From NCBI GenBank assembly GCA_009914755.4, contig CP086569.2, positions 1,248,001 through 1,312,000 on the forward strand: 64,000 nt of DNA, in the 5' to 3' direction. Below the pieces are notes generated by a model. That model ran no database searches. It was not told the origin of the DNA and worked only from the letters and a program-made list of their open reading frames with translations. This stretch comes from the human T2T-CHM13v2.0 reference genome, Homo sapiens. Position numbers and translations under genes: made by a program. Below, piece after piece: positions 45,180-64,000 of this stretch; position 1 is the stretch's first letter; every line of letters starts with the position of its first letter.

Positions 45180-46200
45180 AAAAAAATAAATAAAATTATT
45201 TATATAAATATATAAAATAAACATATATTTTATACAAATGTATTTATATACATATATTTATATATTTATATACTTTTATAATATAAAAATATATTTTATA
45301 TAATTATATATTTATATAACACATAATACATTATATATTATATATAACTAATATGTATTACATATATTTAATTAATATATAATTTACATATAATCACACT
45401 TTATATTATTATGTAATATGTATTAATATGCAGTTACATATATTAATCATATTTAATACATATTACATATTATCCATATATTCATATATTTCTATATTAT
45501 ATAAATATATAATTATATTTTATAATATATAATCATTTTATAATTATATATATAATTATATATAATTTATATTTATATAATTGTTTATAATTATATATAA
45601 TTATATATCATTTATAATTAATTATATATAATTATAAATTATATTTATATATAATTATAAATATATGTAATTATATATTTATATATAAATAAAATTAAAT
45701 ATATAAAATATATAAAATTATATATTTTATATATAATTATAAATAATTATAAATATAAATTATATAATTTATATATAATTATAATCGATTATAACTACCT
45801 ATTATATAATCTATTTTAACAGTTATATAACCTATCATATAATCTATTATAACAGTATGTATTATAATAGATGGTATATATTACATTAATATTAATCACT
45901 ATTAAAATTAATCATTAAAAATCATTAAATTTCAATCAAAAGTGTTAATATATAATCTATATTATAATATCTATATGTAATATAGTATACATATTACAGT
46001 ATAATCTATTATAGTATATAATACAATATATTATAAATATATAATATATAATTTGTATAATGTAGATTATATATAATTAATAGAATATATAATGTGGAAT
46101 ACATAAATTATATATAATTGTAAATATATATCATGTTACATTATATAATGTATAATTATGTAGACATTATATGACATATGATGTAGATAAATATAATACA
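45180..46200 (+). repeat. AT-rich low-complexity block of about 1 kb ((TATAA)/(ATATAATTATA)-type) in ASMTL intron 6.
   Basis: 'aaataaataaaattatttatataaatatataaaataaacatatattttatacaaatgtatttatatacatatatttatatatttatatac...' is almost devoid of G/C for about 1 kb. Many short inverted A/T repeats are present. Confidence 0.85.
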
Positions 46201-46672
46201 TATAAACGCAAATGGTGGGTGATGAAGTGAAGCTGATTGGTGCACGCATACTTCCCGTGCTCACCAATCTCTGGACGGGACGACAGGTACAATCACCTCT
46301 TAGGGTGACTTTGGATCACAGAGTTTATTCGTGTTAATTGCAGCCAGCGTCCTGGGCACAGACCTCTGGGGTCTCCTCCTCCCACCAAGTGAACTCCTCT
46401 ACCCCTGCCCAGCGCCTCCCCAGTCCCCACCGCAGCCCAGCGTTGGCTCCCACCCTGCCCCTCTCTGTCCTGGGAGTTTGCCTCTTTGAGCCTCCATGGG
46501 TCAGTGTGGTCGTGAAGGGTTTGTGCTTCTGAGCCGGGCGGCTCTCCCTGTGCCACACGGCCCCCGGAGCGGGGCCTCCTTCTTTCCCAAAGGCTGGGTG
46601 GGACACCCCACGTGTGAGGGTGGCCAGGCTTCCACACGTGTCCCCCGTCCCCCCACCGCCCCCGAGACTCAC

Positions 46673-46781
46673 ATGGGCTCCCCGCTGTGGACGTATTCCC
46701 AGAGCAGCTCCTCGGACAGCTCCGAGAACTTCACCTTCGTTTCCTCGTAGAATTCCGAGACCCTGGTGTCCAGCTGATGGT
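46673..46781 (-). CDS. ASMTL: ASMTL exon 6 (109 bp, (D)HQLDTRVSEFYEETKVKFSELSEELLWEYVHSGEP(M)).
   Basis: I translated the reverse complement by hand. The acceptor is ccttgcag|ACCATCAG and the donor is CCCAT|gtgagtctc. The plus-strand ORF 46687..46920 is its antisense shadow. Confidence 0.88.
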
Positions 46782-47070
46782 CTGCAAGGACACAGCCGTG
46801 GGGGTGAGCGTGGACGCCAGCTTGTCACCTCCGTGCCCTGACAGCTGCGTGGCTGTGCTGTGGAGGTGTGTACTCGAGCGCAGCGCACAGTTCAGATATG
46901 GATGCTTCATGGGAGAATAAGGTTCATTTCGGACAAGAAAAGGGAGAAAGGGGCCGGGCGCGGTGGCTCACGCCTGTCATCCCAGCACCTTGGGAGGCCG
47001 AGGCGGGTGGATCACGAGGTCAGGAGTTCGAGACCATCCTGGCTAACACGGTGAAACCCTGTCTCTACTA

Positions 47071-48502
<1,432 letters not shown>

Positions 48503-48657
48503 TCATGGGAACAGGGGGAGGGGGCTGGAGATGGAGTTTGCTCCCCAGTGGCGGATGATGTCGTTAATCCTGGCCTTTTAAGAGACCCAGAAGGGACCGC
48601 GCGCGGTGGCTCACGCCTGTCATCCCAGCACTTTGGGAGGCCGAGGCGGGCGGATCA

Positions 48658-48888
<231 letters not shown>

Positions 48889-50234
48889 TCACAAAAAAGA
48901 AAAAAAAAAGAGACCCAGAAGGACAGGGTTCAGGGAGCTTCTGGTGGGTGAACACATCAGGGTGTTGGCAGAGCTGTGCCACGGCGGGCATGGAGGCTCC
49001 ATACATCCTGCACCCAGCACCCTGCGCTGTGCCTGGCTTCTGTCTGGCACTTCCTGACCTGCTCCTTCATAACAAAACCCCAAGCTGGGAAGGAAAGTGC
49101 TGTCCCGAGTTCTGTGAGCCCCTCGAGCAAATGACCCAACCTGAGCAGGTGCTTGCAGGAGCCAGCAGTGAGCGGCAGGTGGGTGAGAAAACTACAGGTG
49201 TGACCAGGGATATGGGGCTGGGATTGTGCGTGGAGGTCCCATGGGACCCGGCCCTTCACCTGTGGGATCTGCGCTAACTCCGACGGCTACTGTCAGAACT
49301 GACTGAATTCTACGATGCCTCCTGGTGTCCGCCAACAAGCTGGGAATGGGTTGGTGCAGGAAGAACCCAGCAATATGGTGATACAACTGCCTGGGCCGGG
49401 CACCGTGGTGCACACCTGCAGTCCCAGCAATATGGTGAACACCTGCAGTCCCAGCACTTTGGGAGGCTGAGATGGGAGGATTTCTTCAGCCCAGGAGTTC
49501 GAGACCAGTCTGGGCAACATAGCAAGACCGCACCTCTATAAAAAATACAAAAATGAGCCAGGTGTGGTGGCGTGTGCCTGTAGTTTCTGTGACTGTAGGG
49601 GCTGAGGCGGGAGGATCGCTGGAGCTCAGGAGGTCGAGGCTGCAGTGAGCTATGATCACACCACTGCACTCCAGCCTGGGTGACAGAGGGAGACCCTGTC
49701 TCAAAAAAAAAAAAAAAAAAAAGAAAGAAAGAGAAAGGCCGGGTGCAGTAGCTCACACCTGTAATCCCAGCACTTTGGGAGGCTGAGGCGGGTGGATCAC
49801 CTGAGGTCAGGAGTTCGAGACCAGCCTGGCCAACATGGTGAAACCCCGTCTCTACTAAAAATACAAAAATTAGCCGGGCATGGTGGTGGGCACCTGTAAT
49901 CCCAGCTACTGAGGCAGAAGGATCACTTGAACTTGGGAGGCGGAGGTTGCAGTGAGCTGAGATCGTGCCACTGCCCTCCAGCCTGGGTAAGAGAGCGAGA
50001 CTCCATCTCAAAAAAAAAAAAAAGAAAGAAAAAGAAAAAGATAAAACCACACGTTTTCCTTTGTCCTGCAGACTTCCAAATCGGCGGACAACTTTCCCAA
50101 GCAGGACATAGGCACAAACCCCTCCACAGGTGGGGGTGAGCAACCGTCCTCCTCCCTCAAGCCAAGGGTCCCGAGAATGTCCCGGGTCCTTCTCTCGGCC
50201 TCTGGGGCTACCCCGAAACCTGGGCCGCGGTTAC

Positions 50235-50296
50235 CTTTGCTGGAGCAGTGGACGATCGCGACACCTGTGAACACGCTGTGTTCTCTCCCACTCAAC
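50235..50296 (-). CDS. ASMTL: ASMTL exon 5 (62 bp, (R)LSGREHSVFTGVAIVHCSSK(D)).
   Basis: ORF 50008..50310(-) contains LSGREHSVFTGVAIVHCSSK. The acceptor is cttacag|GTTGAG and the donor is AAA G|gtaaccgc. Confidence 0.9.
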
Positions 50297-50905
50297 CTGT
50301 AAGACAACAACGGGTGACCACGTGACCATGCTGTGACCCGTGGGAGCTACAAAGCGAGTTTCTCAAAACCAGGGGAGGCAGCGAGGCGTCCTTAATCCTG
50401 GATCCGTCCCCAGCATCTTCTCCCCGATCGTCCCGCTGTGGGGTCTCCAGGGAAACCTTTATGGAGAGGCCGGGGAAGGGGTCACAAATCCCACCAGCAG
50501 TGGCCCTGACGGGAGGCGCCAGGCCAGGCAGCTCTCAGCTGGGCCTATGGCGGGCAGGGGGTGCATCTCTTCCACGTCCTGGGATGGGGATGACGTCCCA
50601 GGCTACGGGCTCAGGTCCAGGATGCCCAGTGGGAAGGACAGGACACTGCCAACTTCTCATGACCCCAACAGTCTGCAGTGGGCATGAGACATTCTGGGAT
50701 CAGTGCTGCAGAATCCTAGACAAGGATGAGCATGGAGGGATAGTGCCTGCCTCCCTGCATAGCTCAGACAGCACAGCTCAGACAGCACAGCTCAGACGGC
50801 AGAGCTGACAGAGATCCACCCTGCTCCCCAGGACACCCGGCCAGATACCACAGCTACTCTGTGGCTCAGAACCCGAGAGGGCTCAGAGGCCAACATGGTG
50901 CTTAC

Positions 50906-50970
50906 CGGGACAGCATCCTGTAGGCGTCCTGCTTGTCCACCGGCTTCTCCAGAATCAGCCCCCCGACCGT
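50906..50970 (-). CDS. ASMTL: ASMTL exon 4 (65 bp, TVGGLILEKPVDKQDAYRMLS(R)).
   Basis: ORF 50902..51108(-) ends ...TVGGLILEKPVDKQDAYRMLSR. The acceptor is ctctcgcag|ACGGTC and the donor is TCC CG|gtaagcac. Confidence 0.9.
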
Positions 50971-51287
50971 CTGCGAGAGGAAGGGACAGAGGGAGTTGGT
51001 TCCCACCGGCTGGGTCAGGCCTGTGCAAGTCCCACGGTCCCATTCGCAGAAGTCACTTGTTTTATGGAAATGAAGCTGACACGTCCTGAGAGTCGCCATT
51101 TCAAACAACTAACCAGAGTTGCCATGTTGTACCACCACTACCTGCCTGGTTCCAGGATGTTCTCTTCACTCCAGAAGGAGACCCTGTCCCCACGCAGCTG
51201 TCCCTCCCCAGTGCGCCTCCCCAGATCCTGGTAACCGCCCATCCTCTTTCTTTCACCGTGCGTTTGCCTGTTGCGGACGTGGTGTAG

Positions 51288-51835
<548 letters not shown>

Positions 51836-52139
51836 TGACAGGGGTGAGCCACCGCACCCGGCCAGCCTCATTCCTGTTCATGGCTGCATAATATTCCACT
51901 GTGTGTGGATGGACCATGTTGTAATTTCCCATTTACCCACTGACAGACACTTGAGCTGTTTCTGCCTTTTAGCTGTTGTGAATAGTGCTGCTGTGAACAT
52001 TCATGTAGAAGGTTTTGGTGGAACACCTGTTTTGAATCCTTTTGGGTACATACAAGAGTAGATGTATTAGTCTGACTGGGCCACCATAGCAAAGTCCTAC
52101 AACCCAGGTGGCTTAAACTACAGACATTGATTCTCCCAC

Positions 52140-52810
52140 CGTCGTGGAGACTGGAAGGGCGAGATCCAGGTGTGGGCAGGGCTGGTTCCTCCTGAAGCCT
52201 CTCTCCTGGGCTTGGAGATGCCATCTTCTCCCTGTGTCCTCACAGAGTCGTCCCTCTGTATCTGTGTCCTCATCTCCTCTTCTTATGAGATGCTTTAGTC
52301 CATCTCAGGCTGCTGTCACAGAATACCACAGACTGGGTGGCTTATAAACAACAGGCAGTGATTCTCCCACAGCCCTGGAGGCTGGAGGTCTGAGATCCAG
52401 GTGTGGGCAGGGCTGGTTCCTCCTGAGGCCTCTCTCCTGGGCTTGTAGACGCCATCTTCTCCCTGTGTCCTCACAGGGTCATCCCTCTGTGTGTGTCTGT
52501 GTCCTTATCTGCTCTTCTTATGAGGTGTCTTAGTCCATTTCAGGCTGCTAAAACAATACTATAGACTGGGTGGCTTAGAAACAGCAGACATTGATTCTTC
52601 CATAATCCTGGAGTCTGGAAGTCTGAGATCCAGGTGTGGGCAGGGCTGGTTCCTCCTGAGGCCTCTCTCCTGGGCTTGGAGACGCCGTCTTCCCCCTGTG
52701 TCCTCACAGGGTCGTCCCTCTGTGTGTGTCTGTGTCCTCATCTCCTCTTCTTATGAGATGTCTTAGTCCATTTCAGGCTGCTATCACAGAATACCATAGA
52801 CTGGGTGGCT
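52140..52810 (-). repeat. Three tandem units of about 232 bp of the same MaLR-type LTR fragment as at 3650-4920, in inverted orientation (ASMTL intron 3).
   Basis: 'tgggcagggctggttcctcctgaggcctctctcctgggcttggagacgcc[ag]tcttc[tc]ccctgtgtcctcacag[ag]gtcgtccctctgtgtgtgtctgtgtcctcatctcctcttcttatgagatg' at about 52160, 52395 and 52630 is the reverse complement of the unit at 3650-4920. Confidence 0.75.
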
Positions 52811-52846
52811 TATGAACAAAAGACATGGGCCGGGCGTGGTGGCTCA

Positions 52847-53182
<336 letters not shown>

Positions 53183-54307
53183 TTATGAGTGGTGTTGTTA
53201 AAAGAAGGGGAAAATTTCAGCCGGGCGCGGTGGCTCACGCCTGTCATCCCAGCACTGTGGGAGGCTAAGGCGGGCAGATCACTTGAGGTCGGGAGTTTGA
53301 GACCAGCCTGGCCAACATGGTGAAACCCCGTCTCTACTAAAAATACAAAAATCAGCCGGGCGTGGTGGCGGGTGCCTGTGATCCCAGCTACTCAGGAGGC
53401 AGGAGAATCGCTTGAACCAGGGAGGCGGAGGTCCCGGTGAGCCGAGATCACGCCACTGTAATCCAGCCTGGGCAACACAGTGAGACTCTCTCTCAAAAAA
53501 AAAAAGAAGAGGGAAATTTGGCCACAGACACCCAGAGGGGAGAAGGCCACATGGAGATGGAGGCACAGATAGGAACCACAGGGCCATGAGCGAAAGGTGA
53601 CAATGGGTTGCCAACAGCCTCCAGCAGCTGGAGAAAGACCAAGACCAACTTCTCCTCAGTACCTCTGGAAGGAAGAAACCCTACAGACACCGTGATTTGT
53701 GGTTGCTGGCCTCTAGAACTGCGTACCTTCCTGTGCCTTTTGAGACGGAGTCTCGCTCTTGTCACCCAGGCTGGAGTGCAGTGGCGCGATCTCGGCTCAC
53801 TGCAACCCCGCCTCCTGGGTTCGAGCGATTCCCCTGCCTCAGCCTCCCGAGTAGCTGCGATTACAGGCGGAGTCTGTATTCTGTATCATTGATGATATAG
53901 AATTAATGTAGCTTATCTGTTACTATGTGTTATAATATTCTCTTGCAATTGATATCATATAGTATCACTTATGATACTATCAATTAGCCACCACGTCTGG
54001 CTAATTTTTGTATTTTTAGTAGAGATGGGGTTTTACCGTGTTGGTCGGGCTGATCTCGAACCCATGACCTAAGGTGATCCGCCCACCTCGGCCTCCCAAA
54101 ATGCTGGGATGACAGGGGTGAGCCACGGCGCCTGGCCCCTTCCCGTGCCCTTAGGCCCCTCATCTGCTGGTAGTTTGTGATGGGAGTTTCTGGAAGCGAG
54201 TCCACTGCTGTCTTAAGGGGAATGTACAACATCCACAAGAGGCAGAATCACCAAGCACAGGAAAACCACATCGGACATTAGAAACGAGGCACCCTGGCCG
54301 CACTCAC

Positions 54308-54355
54308 CACGATCGTGTCCGCTCCAATGACCACGTCGGGGGCCCGCAGGTCTTT
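54308..54355 (-). CDS. ASMTL: ASMTL exon 3 (48 bp, KDLRAPDVVIGADTIV).
   Basis: Reverse-complement translation. The acceptor is ttttcttacag|AAAGAC and the donor is ATCGTG|gtgagtg. It is a 16-codon phase-0 micro-exon typical of Maf-family genes. Confidence 0.85.
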
Positions 54356-55027
54356 CTGTAAGAAAACCAGATTCCGGTTTACCGGTGACATGCCGTGGGT
54401 CTCACAGAGAAGTTTTCCCGTCGGTACGGGCGTGAAAGAGCACCGCAGGGGCGAAGCCAGGCCGACTTTGGAAGTGAAGGCTGGGGGTGCTCAAGGTCAC
54501 GAGCAAGGACACAAGTGGGTCCCCCCGGTGGTCGCCCTGCAGGGGCTGGAACGTGGGTGAGGCCGGGGCCCACGGGGGCTGCGTGATCAGGGGTCAGGCA
54601 CTCACGGAGCATCTCACGGGCACTACGGGAAACGCAATGCCTGTTCCGTAAGCTTTTGTTCTTCCGGGCGGCAGGTAAGGTTTGATTCAGGGGCCCCAAA
54701 CCTCCCTGAGTTACCCAGAATTAAGGCCAAAAGGTTTTTGATCCGTTCAATGTAATTTCAGAAAAAGCTACTTAGGGCTGGGCGCGGTGGCTCACGCCTG
54801 TCATCCCAGCACTCTGGGAGGCCGAGGCGGGCGCATCTCCTGAGGTCAGGAGTTCGAGACCAGCCTGGCCAACATGGTGAAACCCCGTCTCTACTAAAAA
54901 TACAAAATATCAGTCGGGCACCTGTAATCTCAGCTACTCAGGAGGCTGAGGCAGCAGAATCGCTTGAACCTAGGAGGCGGAGGTTGCAGTGAGCCAAGGT
55001 TGCGCACCTGCACTCCAGCCTGGGTGA

Positions 55028-55537
<510 letters not shown>

Positions 55538-55609
55538 TGATCCGCCCGCCTCGGCCTCCCAAAGTGCTGGGATGACAGGTGTGAGCCACTGCACCCGGCC
55601 CCGAATGTA

Positions 55610-57245
<1,636 letters not shown>

Positions 57246-57386
57246 GCATTACATTATAACATAGCAATAGCTAAGCTGTGCCACCAACTGCATCTTTTGA
57301 ATGACGTTTATTTGTATCATGTATATTTACCACCCGCAAATCCCCTCATCACAGCAAAGGAATTTTCATAAGGGCCGAAGGGCAGG

Positions 57387-57518
57387 GGCCCCTTGCCTGG
57401 TACAGCCGGTTGGCCACCTCCAGGGCCTTCTGCTTGGCGGTCTCCATGGCGTACCCATACGGAGTAGCGAAGGAGGCTTTGTCCAGCTTCTCTTTAAACT
57501 TGGAGGGGACCACCTCAA
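57387..57518 (-). CDS. ASMTL: ASMTL exon 2 (132 bp, GLRFEVVPSKFKEKLDKASFATPYGYAMETAKQKALEVANRLYQ). Its donor is the non-canonical CAG|gcaagg (GC-AG intron).
   Basis: ORF 57349..57561(-) reads LLLQ GLRFEVV...ANRLYQ ARGPC. Frame continuity with exon 3 (KDLRAP) requires the exon to end exactly at CAG, and the next two bases are GC. The acceptor is ctgttgcag|GGTCTC. Confidence 0.8.
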
Positions 57519-58189
57519 ACCTGAGACCCTGCAACAGTAGAAAAGGGGTCAGAAGGGTCAATGAAAGACCCTATGAAAAGTGAATGGGACATGCAAGATT
57601 TGCAGGACGCACATAGCGTTTGCTACACTCCCCGACCCTGTCCCAGGTGAGCTCATCCATCCGCCAAGCTTTCCCTAAGTGTGGCTGGGGAGCCGGGGAC
57701 TGACCAGGGCTTTCCCTAAGTGTGGTTAGTGGGCCGCGGACTGACCAGGGGCCTTCAGGGACTGACCAGGGGCCTTCTTGGCTCTCGAGGGAAGAGATTG
57801 GCAAAGGAAGAAGCCAGGAACAAAGAGGCCAGCAGGGAGGTATTGACTCGGGCCTTGAACCCACGAGCCAACAGTGTCCGAGGATTCCCAGAGACCTGAA
57901 GGTTGGGGCAGAGTACAAAACCCAACCTGCCCACAGGAAATTCAGGAAAAACGCCAGCAATGATGGCTGTGGGAAGGGAGACAATGATGGCTCTACGTCA
58001 ATCCCTGGCACCCAGGAAGAGACAACACCGCCCCTGGGGAGGCCTGGCCTAGAGGTAGTGACCCCTGCAGAGACCGTGGGGTCAGGAATGATGGTGGTAA
58101 ATGCCTCCAGTGGGGGTGCCCCTGGCTGCCACACCCTGCCAGGGTGCAGGGAACTCCGCATCTCCCCTCTGACCATCTCCCCTCTGACA

Positions 58190-58985
58190 GAGCAAAAGCA
58201 TCGCCATCTTGGACACACACCGCCATCTTGGAGAGACACCACCATCTTGGACGCATACCGCCATCGTGGACACACACACCGTCGTCGTGGACACACACTG
58301 CCATCTGGGACACACACCGTCGTCGTGGACACACACCGCCGTCGTGGACACATGCCGCCATCTTGGACACACACCACCATCGTGGACACACACCGCCATC
58401 GTGGACACACACTGCCATCTGGGACACACACCGTCGTCGTGCACACACACCGCCGTCGTGGACACACGCCATCTTGGACACACGCCGCCATCATGGACAC
58501 ACACCGCCATCTTGGACACACACCGCCATCTTGGACAGACACCGCCATCTTGGACACACACCACCATCGTGGACACATGCCGCCATCTTGGCCATCATGG
58601 ACACAGTGTCATTGTGGACACACACCGCCATCTTGGACAGACACCTCCATCTTGGACACACACCGCCATCATGGACACACACTGCCATCTTGGACAGACA
58701 CCACCATCGTGGACAGACACTGCCATCGTGGACACACACCGCCATCATGGACACACACCGCCATCGTGGACACACACTGCCATCTTGGCCATCGTGGACA
58801 CACACCCCCATCGTGGACAGACACCATCGTGGACACACACCGCCATTTTGGCCATCGAGGACACACACCACCATCGTGGACAGACACCGCCGTCGTGGAC
58901 AGACACCCCCATCATGGACACACACCGCCATCTTGGACAGACACCCCCGTCTTGGACAGACACTGCCATGTTGGACACACACTTC
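58190..58985 (+). repeat. 19-bp minisatellite 'ccatcttggacacacaccg' in about 42 copies, proximal array.
   Basis: Perfect or near-perfect 19-mers. Because 3 x 19 = 57 bp, the sequence is open in all frames, giving the ORFs 57571..58578(-), 57722..58993(+) and others. The 3' flank 'ccattttaagttccc[tg]tgattaaaaactgcctaaa.ccagcccc.aaacatcagcctaatggctaatgtcagcatgaccagaaaca' is shared with the distal array. Confidence 0.9.
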
Positions 58986-59241
58986 CATTTTAAGTTCCCT
59001 TGATTAAAAACTGCCTAAATCCAGCCCCCAAACATCAGCCTAATGGCTAATGTCAGCATGACCAGAAACATTCCAGCCGTGGGATAAACCCCTCTGTGAC
59101 CAGAAACCTCCCCTCCGACCAGAGACAGTCCAACCCCGCAATCAATTTTCCCTCACACAGAAACATTCCGAGCCTGCGAGAAGCCCCCTTTTCCAAAACC
59201 CTTTGCTGAGCCACTTTTTGTATTTTTTTTTTTTTTTTTGA

Positions 59242-59550
<309 letters not shown>

Positions 59551-60399
59551 TAAACTCTTACATTTGGTGCCGAAACCCAGGACAGGTGTTACGGACAGAG
59601 GCCCTTTTGCAACCCAGGATGCAGTGGGCAGGGGCAGCCTGTCCCGGGCTAACTCCTGGATCCTTTAGAGCCTCTGGCCCTCTGACCCTGTCCTTTCTCT
59701 CTCTCCCTCTTTGAGTGTTGGGAGTGGAGGTTCTCTTGCAACCCAGGAAGCTGTGGGCAGCAGCAGCTCATCCTGGGCTAACTCCTGGATCGTGAGGGTC
59801 TCTGGCCACCCCTCCCATCTTTTCTCTCCATTCACCTTCCAAGCAATTTGTGTGAGGAAGACAACTCATGTAAAGGGGACTTAGAGGCTCAAGCTGGAGG
59901 GTTCTCAAAACCCTCAGGTCTCAGAAATCCACCTCTGACCCCCTGCAACAGGTATTTCGCTCCCTAACCCTTGCTTCGTCTTCCTCTCTCTTCGTCCGTC
60001 TTCTTCCCTCTTCTCTCTCTCTCTCTGTCTTCCCTGCGCGGCTCCAGTTTGGGAGCCCCTTTGCCAATTCCAACAGGAACATCCAACATCAGACACAAAT
60101 CCAGCCGTCTGGTAAGATCTGCCCTCCTCTGACTTTTGGTACCCAGGAAAAGTCAGGTCGGCCATCCCAGTCCTCGGAGGACCAGCGGCACTAAGCTAGA
60201 AGCGATCTTGAGGGATGCCCAGTATCTTCTCAGCTTGGCCGTCCTCCTTATAAAGAGGATTCTGGGTCTCTGTCTTTTGTCTGGGGTTGCCTAAAACACA
60301 AACAGACACTCTCGGCTTCCTTTTACCAGCCCACGTGGGTGCCAAACAACCCGACATTCCTATGTCCTCCTCTCTGGGATGTCTCCTTTCCAACCTGGC

Positions 60400-61812
<1,413 letters not shown>

Positions 61813-62269
61813 CATAATTTGTCTTTTAATAAAAGTGGGAAAACTGGAAAAAGAAAAATCGTGTTTGAAAAACTATAGTTACCCCTGTCGTGAAATTCTA
61901 GTCTTGCCTAATGGTTTTCAGTTTTTATTCTTTTCTACGGTTTGAATTAAATTCTAATTTTTCTGGCTACATGTCTCCAAGATAATGTTTTGCATTCTTT
62001 TCCTTTTTCTTTTTCTCCAATTTTTCCTAACTGAAAACCTCTGAAACCCAAGTTCTGCTTTCTTAAAGCCCTGTGAACTAAAAGCTAGATGTTTCAACGG
62101 GTGCTGCTTGGAAGGCCCCTAAAGAGTGCTACCAGGAACAAATCAACCTCTTCCCCTCCAGGGCTGTGTTTGGTGACCCGTAATAACCACCTCCCTCAGC
62201 AGGAAGTGGCCAGAAAGAACACACCACCCCTCGTCCTGTTATAACTAGAGGGTCTGGATTCACAGAGCA

Positions 62270-63915
62270 GGAGCATTGCCATCTTCGACACACACTGCCA
62301 TCTTGGACCCATTACACCATCTTGGACACACACCGCCATCTTGGATAAGCACCACCATCTTGGACACACAACATCTTGGACACACATGGCCATCTTGGAG
62401 AAGCACCACCATCTTGGACACACACTGCCATCTTGGATAAGCACCACCATCTTGGACACACACCATCTTGGACACACACGGCCATGTTGGAGAAGCACCA
62501 CCATCTTGGACACACACCGCCATCTGGGAGAAGCACCACCATCTTGGACACACACCATCTTGGACACACACGGCCATCTTGGATAAGCACCACCATCTTG
62601 GAGACACACCATCTTGGACACACACCGCCATCTTGGATAAGCACCACCATCTTGGAGACACACCATCTTGGACACACACCGCCATCTTGGAGAAGCACCA
62701 CCATCTTGGACACACACCATCTTGGACAAGCACTGCCATCTTGGACATGCATGGCCATCTTTGACACACACCACCATCTTGGACACACACCGCCATCTTG
62801 GATAAGCACCACCATCTTGGACACACACAGCTATCTTGGATAAGCACTACCATCTTGGACACACACCATCTGGGACACACACTGCCATCTTGGACCCATA
62901 ACACCATCTTGGACAAGCACCGCCATCTTGGACACACCGCCATCTTGGATACACAACACCATCTTGGAAAAGCACCACCATCTTGGACACACACCGCCAT
63001 CTTGGATAAGAACCACCATCTTGGACACACACCATCTTGGACACACACCGCCATCTTGGATAAGAACCACCATCTTGGACACACACCATCTTGGACACAC
63101 ACAGCCATCTTGGATAAGCACCACCATCTTGGACACACACCATCTTGGACACACACCGCCATCTTGGATAAGCACCACCATCTTGGACACACACCGCCAT
63201 CTTGGATAAGCACCACCATCTTGGACACACACCATCTTGGACACACACTGCCATCTTGGATAAGCACCACCATCTTGGACACACAACATCTTGGACACAC
63301 ACCGCCATCTTGGATAAGCACCACCATCTTGGACACACACCATCTGGGACACACACTGCCATCTTGGACCCATAACACCATCTTGGACAAGCACCACCAT
63401 CTTGGACACACCGCCATCTTGGACACGCCACCATCTTGGATACACACCACCATCTTGGAAAAGCACCACCATCTTGGACACACAACATCTTGGACACACA
63501 CTGCCATCTTGGATAAGCACCACCATCTTGGACACATGCCGCCATCTTGGACACACACTGCCATCTTGGATAAGCACCACCATCTTGGACACACACCATC
63601 TTGGACACACACGGCCATCTTGGATAAGCACCACCATCTTGGACACACACCGCCATCTTGGATAAGCACCACCATCTTGGAGACACACCATCTTGGACAC
63701 ACACTGCCATCTTGGAGAAGCACCACCATCTTGGACACACACCATCTGGGACACACACCACCATCTTGGATAAGCACCACCATCTTGGACACACACCGCC
63801 ATCTTGGATAAGCACCACCATCTTGGACAAGCACTGCCATCTTGGACATGCATGGTCATCTTTGACACACACCACCATCTTGGACACACACCGCCATCTT
63901 GGACAAGCATTGCCA
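62270..63915 (+). repeat. 19-bp minisatellite 'ccatcttggacacacaccg' / 'ccatcttggataagcacca' in about 87 copies, distal array. It has the same 3' flank as the array at 58190-58985.
   Basis: See ORFs 62260..63849(-) (529 aa, Cys/Val/Pro-rich) and 62798..63811(+). The flank at 63912-64000 matches 58985-59075 at about 95% identity. Confidence 0.9.
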
Positions 63916-64000
63916 TTTTAAGTTCCCGTGATTAAAAACTGCCTAAAACCAGCCCCAAAACATCAGCCTAATGGCTAATGTCAGCATGACCAGAAACAGT

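Overview
This window is primate, almost certainly human, genomic DNA from pseudoautosomal region 1 (Xp22.33/Yp11). It is not a prokaryotic or accessory-element region.

- **Repeat load.** Alu elements make up about 20% of the window and tandem repeats another 30%, with roughly 45 Alus recognised by their GGCCGGGCGCGGTGGCTCA heads, A-tails and TTTT...GAGACGGAG antisense heads.
- **Genes.** Two protein-coding genes can be reconstructed exon by exon on the minus strand. The first is the complete SLC25A6 / ANT3 ADP/ATP translocase, with 4 coding exons giving 298 codons, its TATA-less CpG-island promoter and its poly(A) signal. The second is the 3' twelve coding exons of ASMTL, the Maf-like plus acetylserotonin-O-methyltransferase-like fusion gene. 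Every ASMTL junction keeps one continuous reading frame. Exon 1 of ASMTL and its promoter lie beyond the 3' end of the window.
- **Tandem arrays.** The non-coding space is dominated by minisatellites or VNTRs with units of 19, 28, 27-31, 35, 63, 76, 105, 119, 232 and 269 bp. It also holds two CT-rich polypyrimidine tracts, a CA-rich array of about 2 kb, an AT-rich block of about 1 kb, MaLR-type LTR fragments and one ERV-like solo LTR.
- **ORF track.** All of the very long ORFs, up to 1279 aa, are phase-free translations of these tandem arrays and are not genes. No tRNA or rRNA gene, CRISPR array or prokaryotic system is present.
- **Coordinates.** These were derived by hand from splice-site and codon phase and may be off by 1-2 bp.
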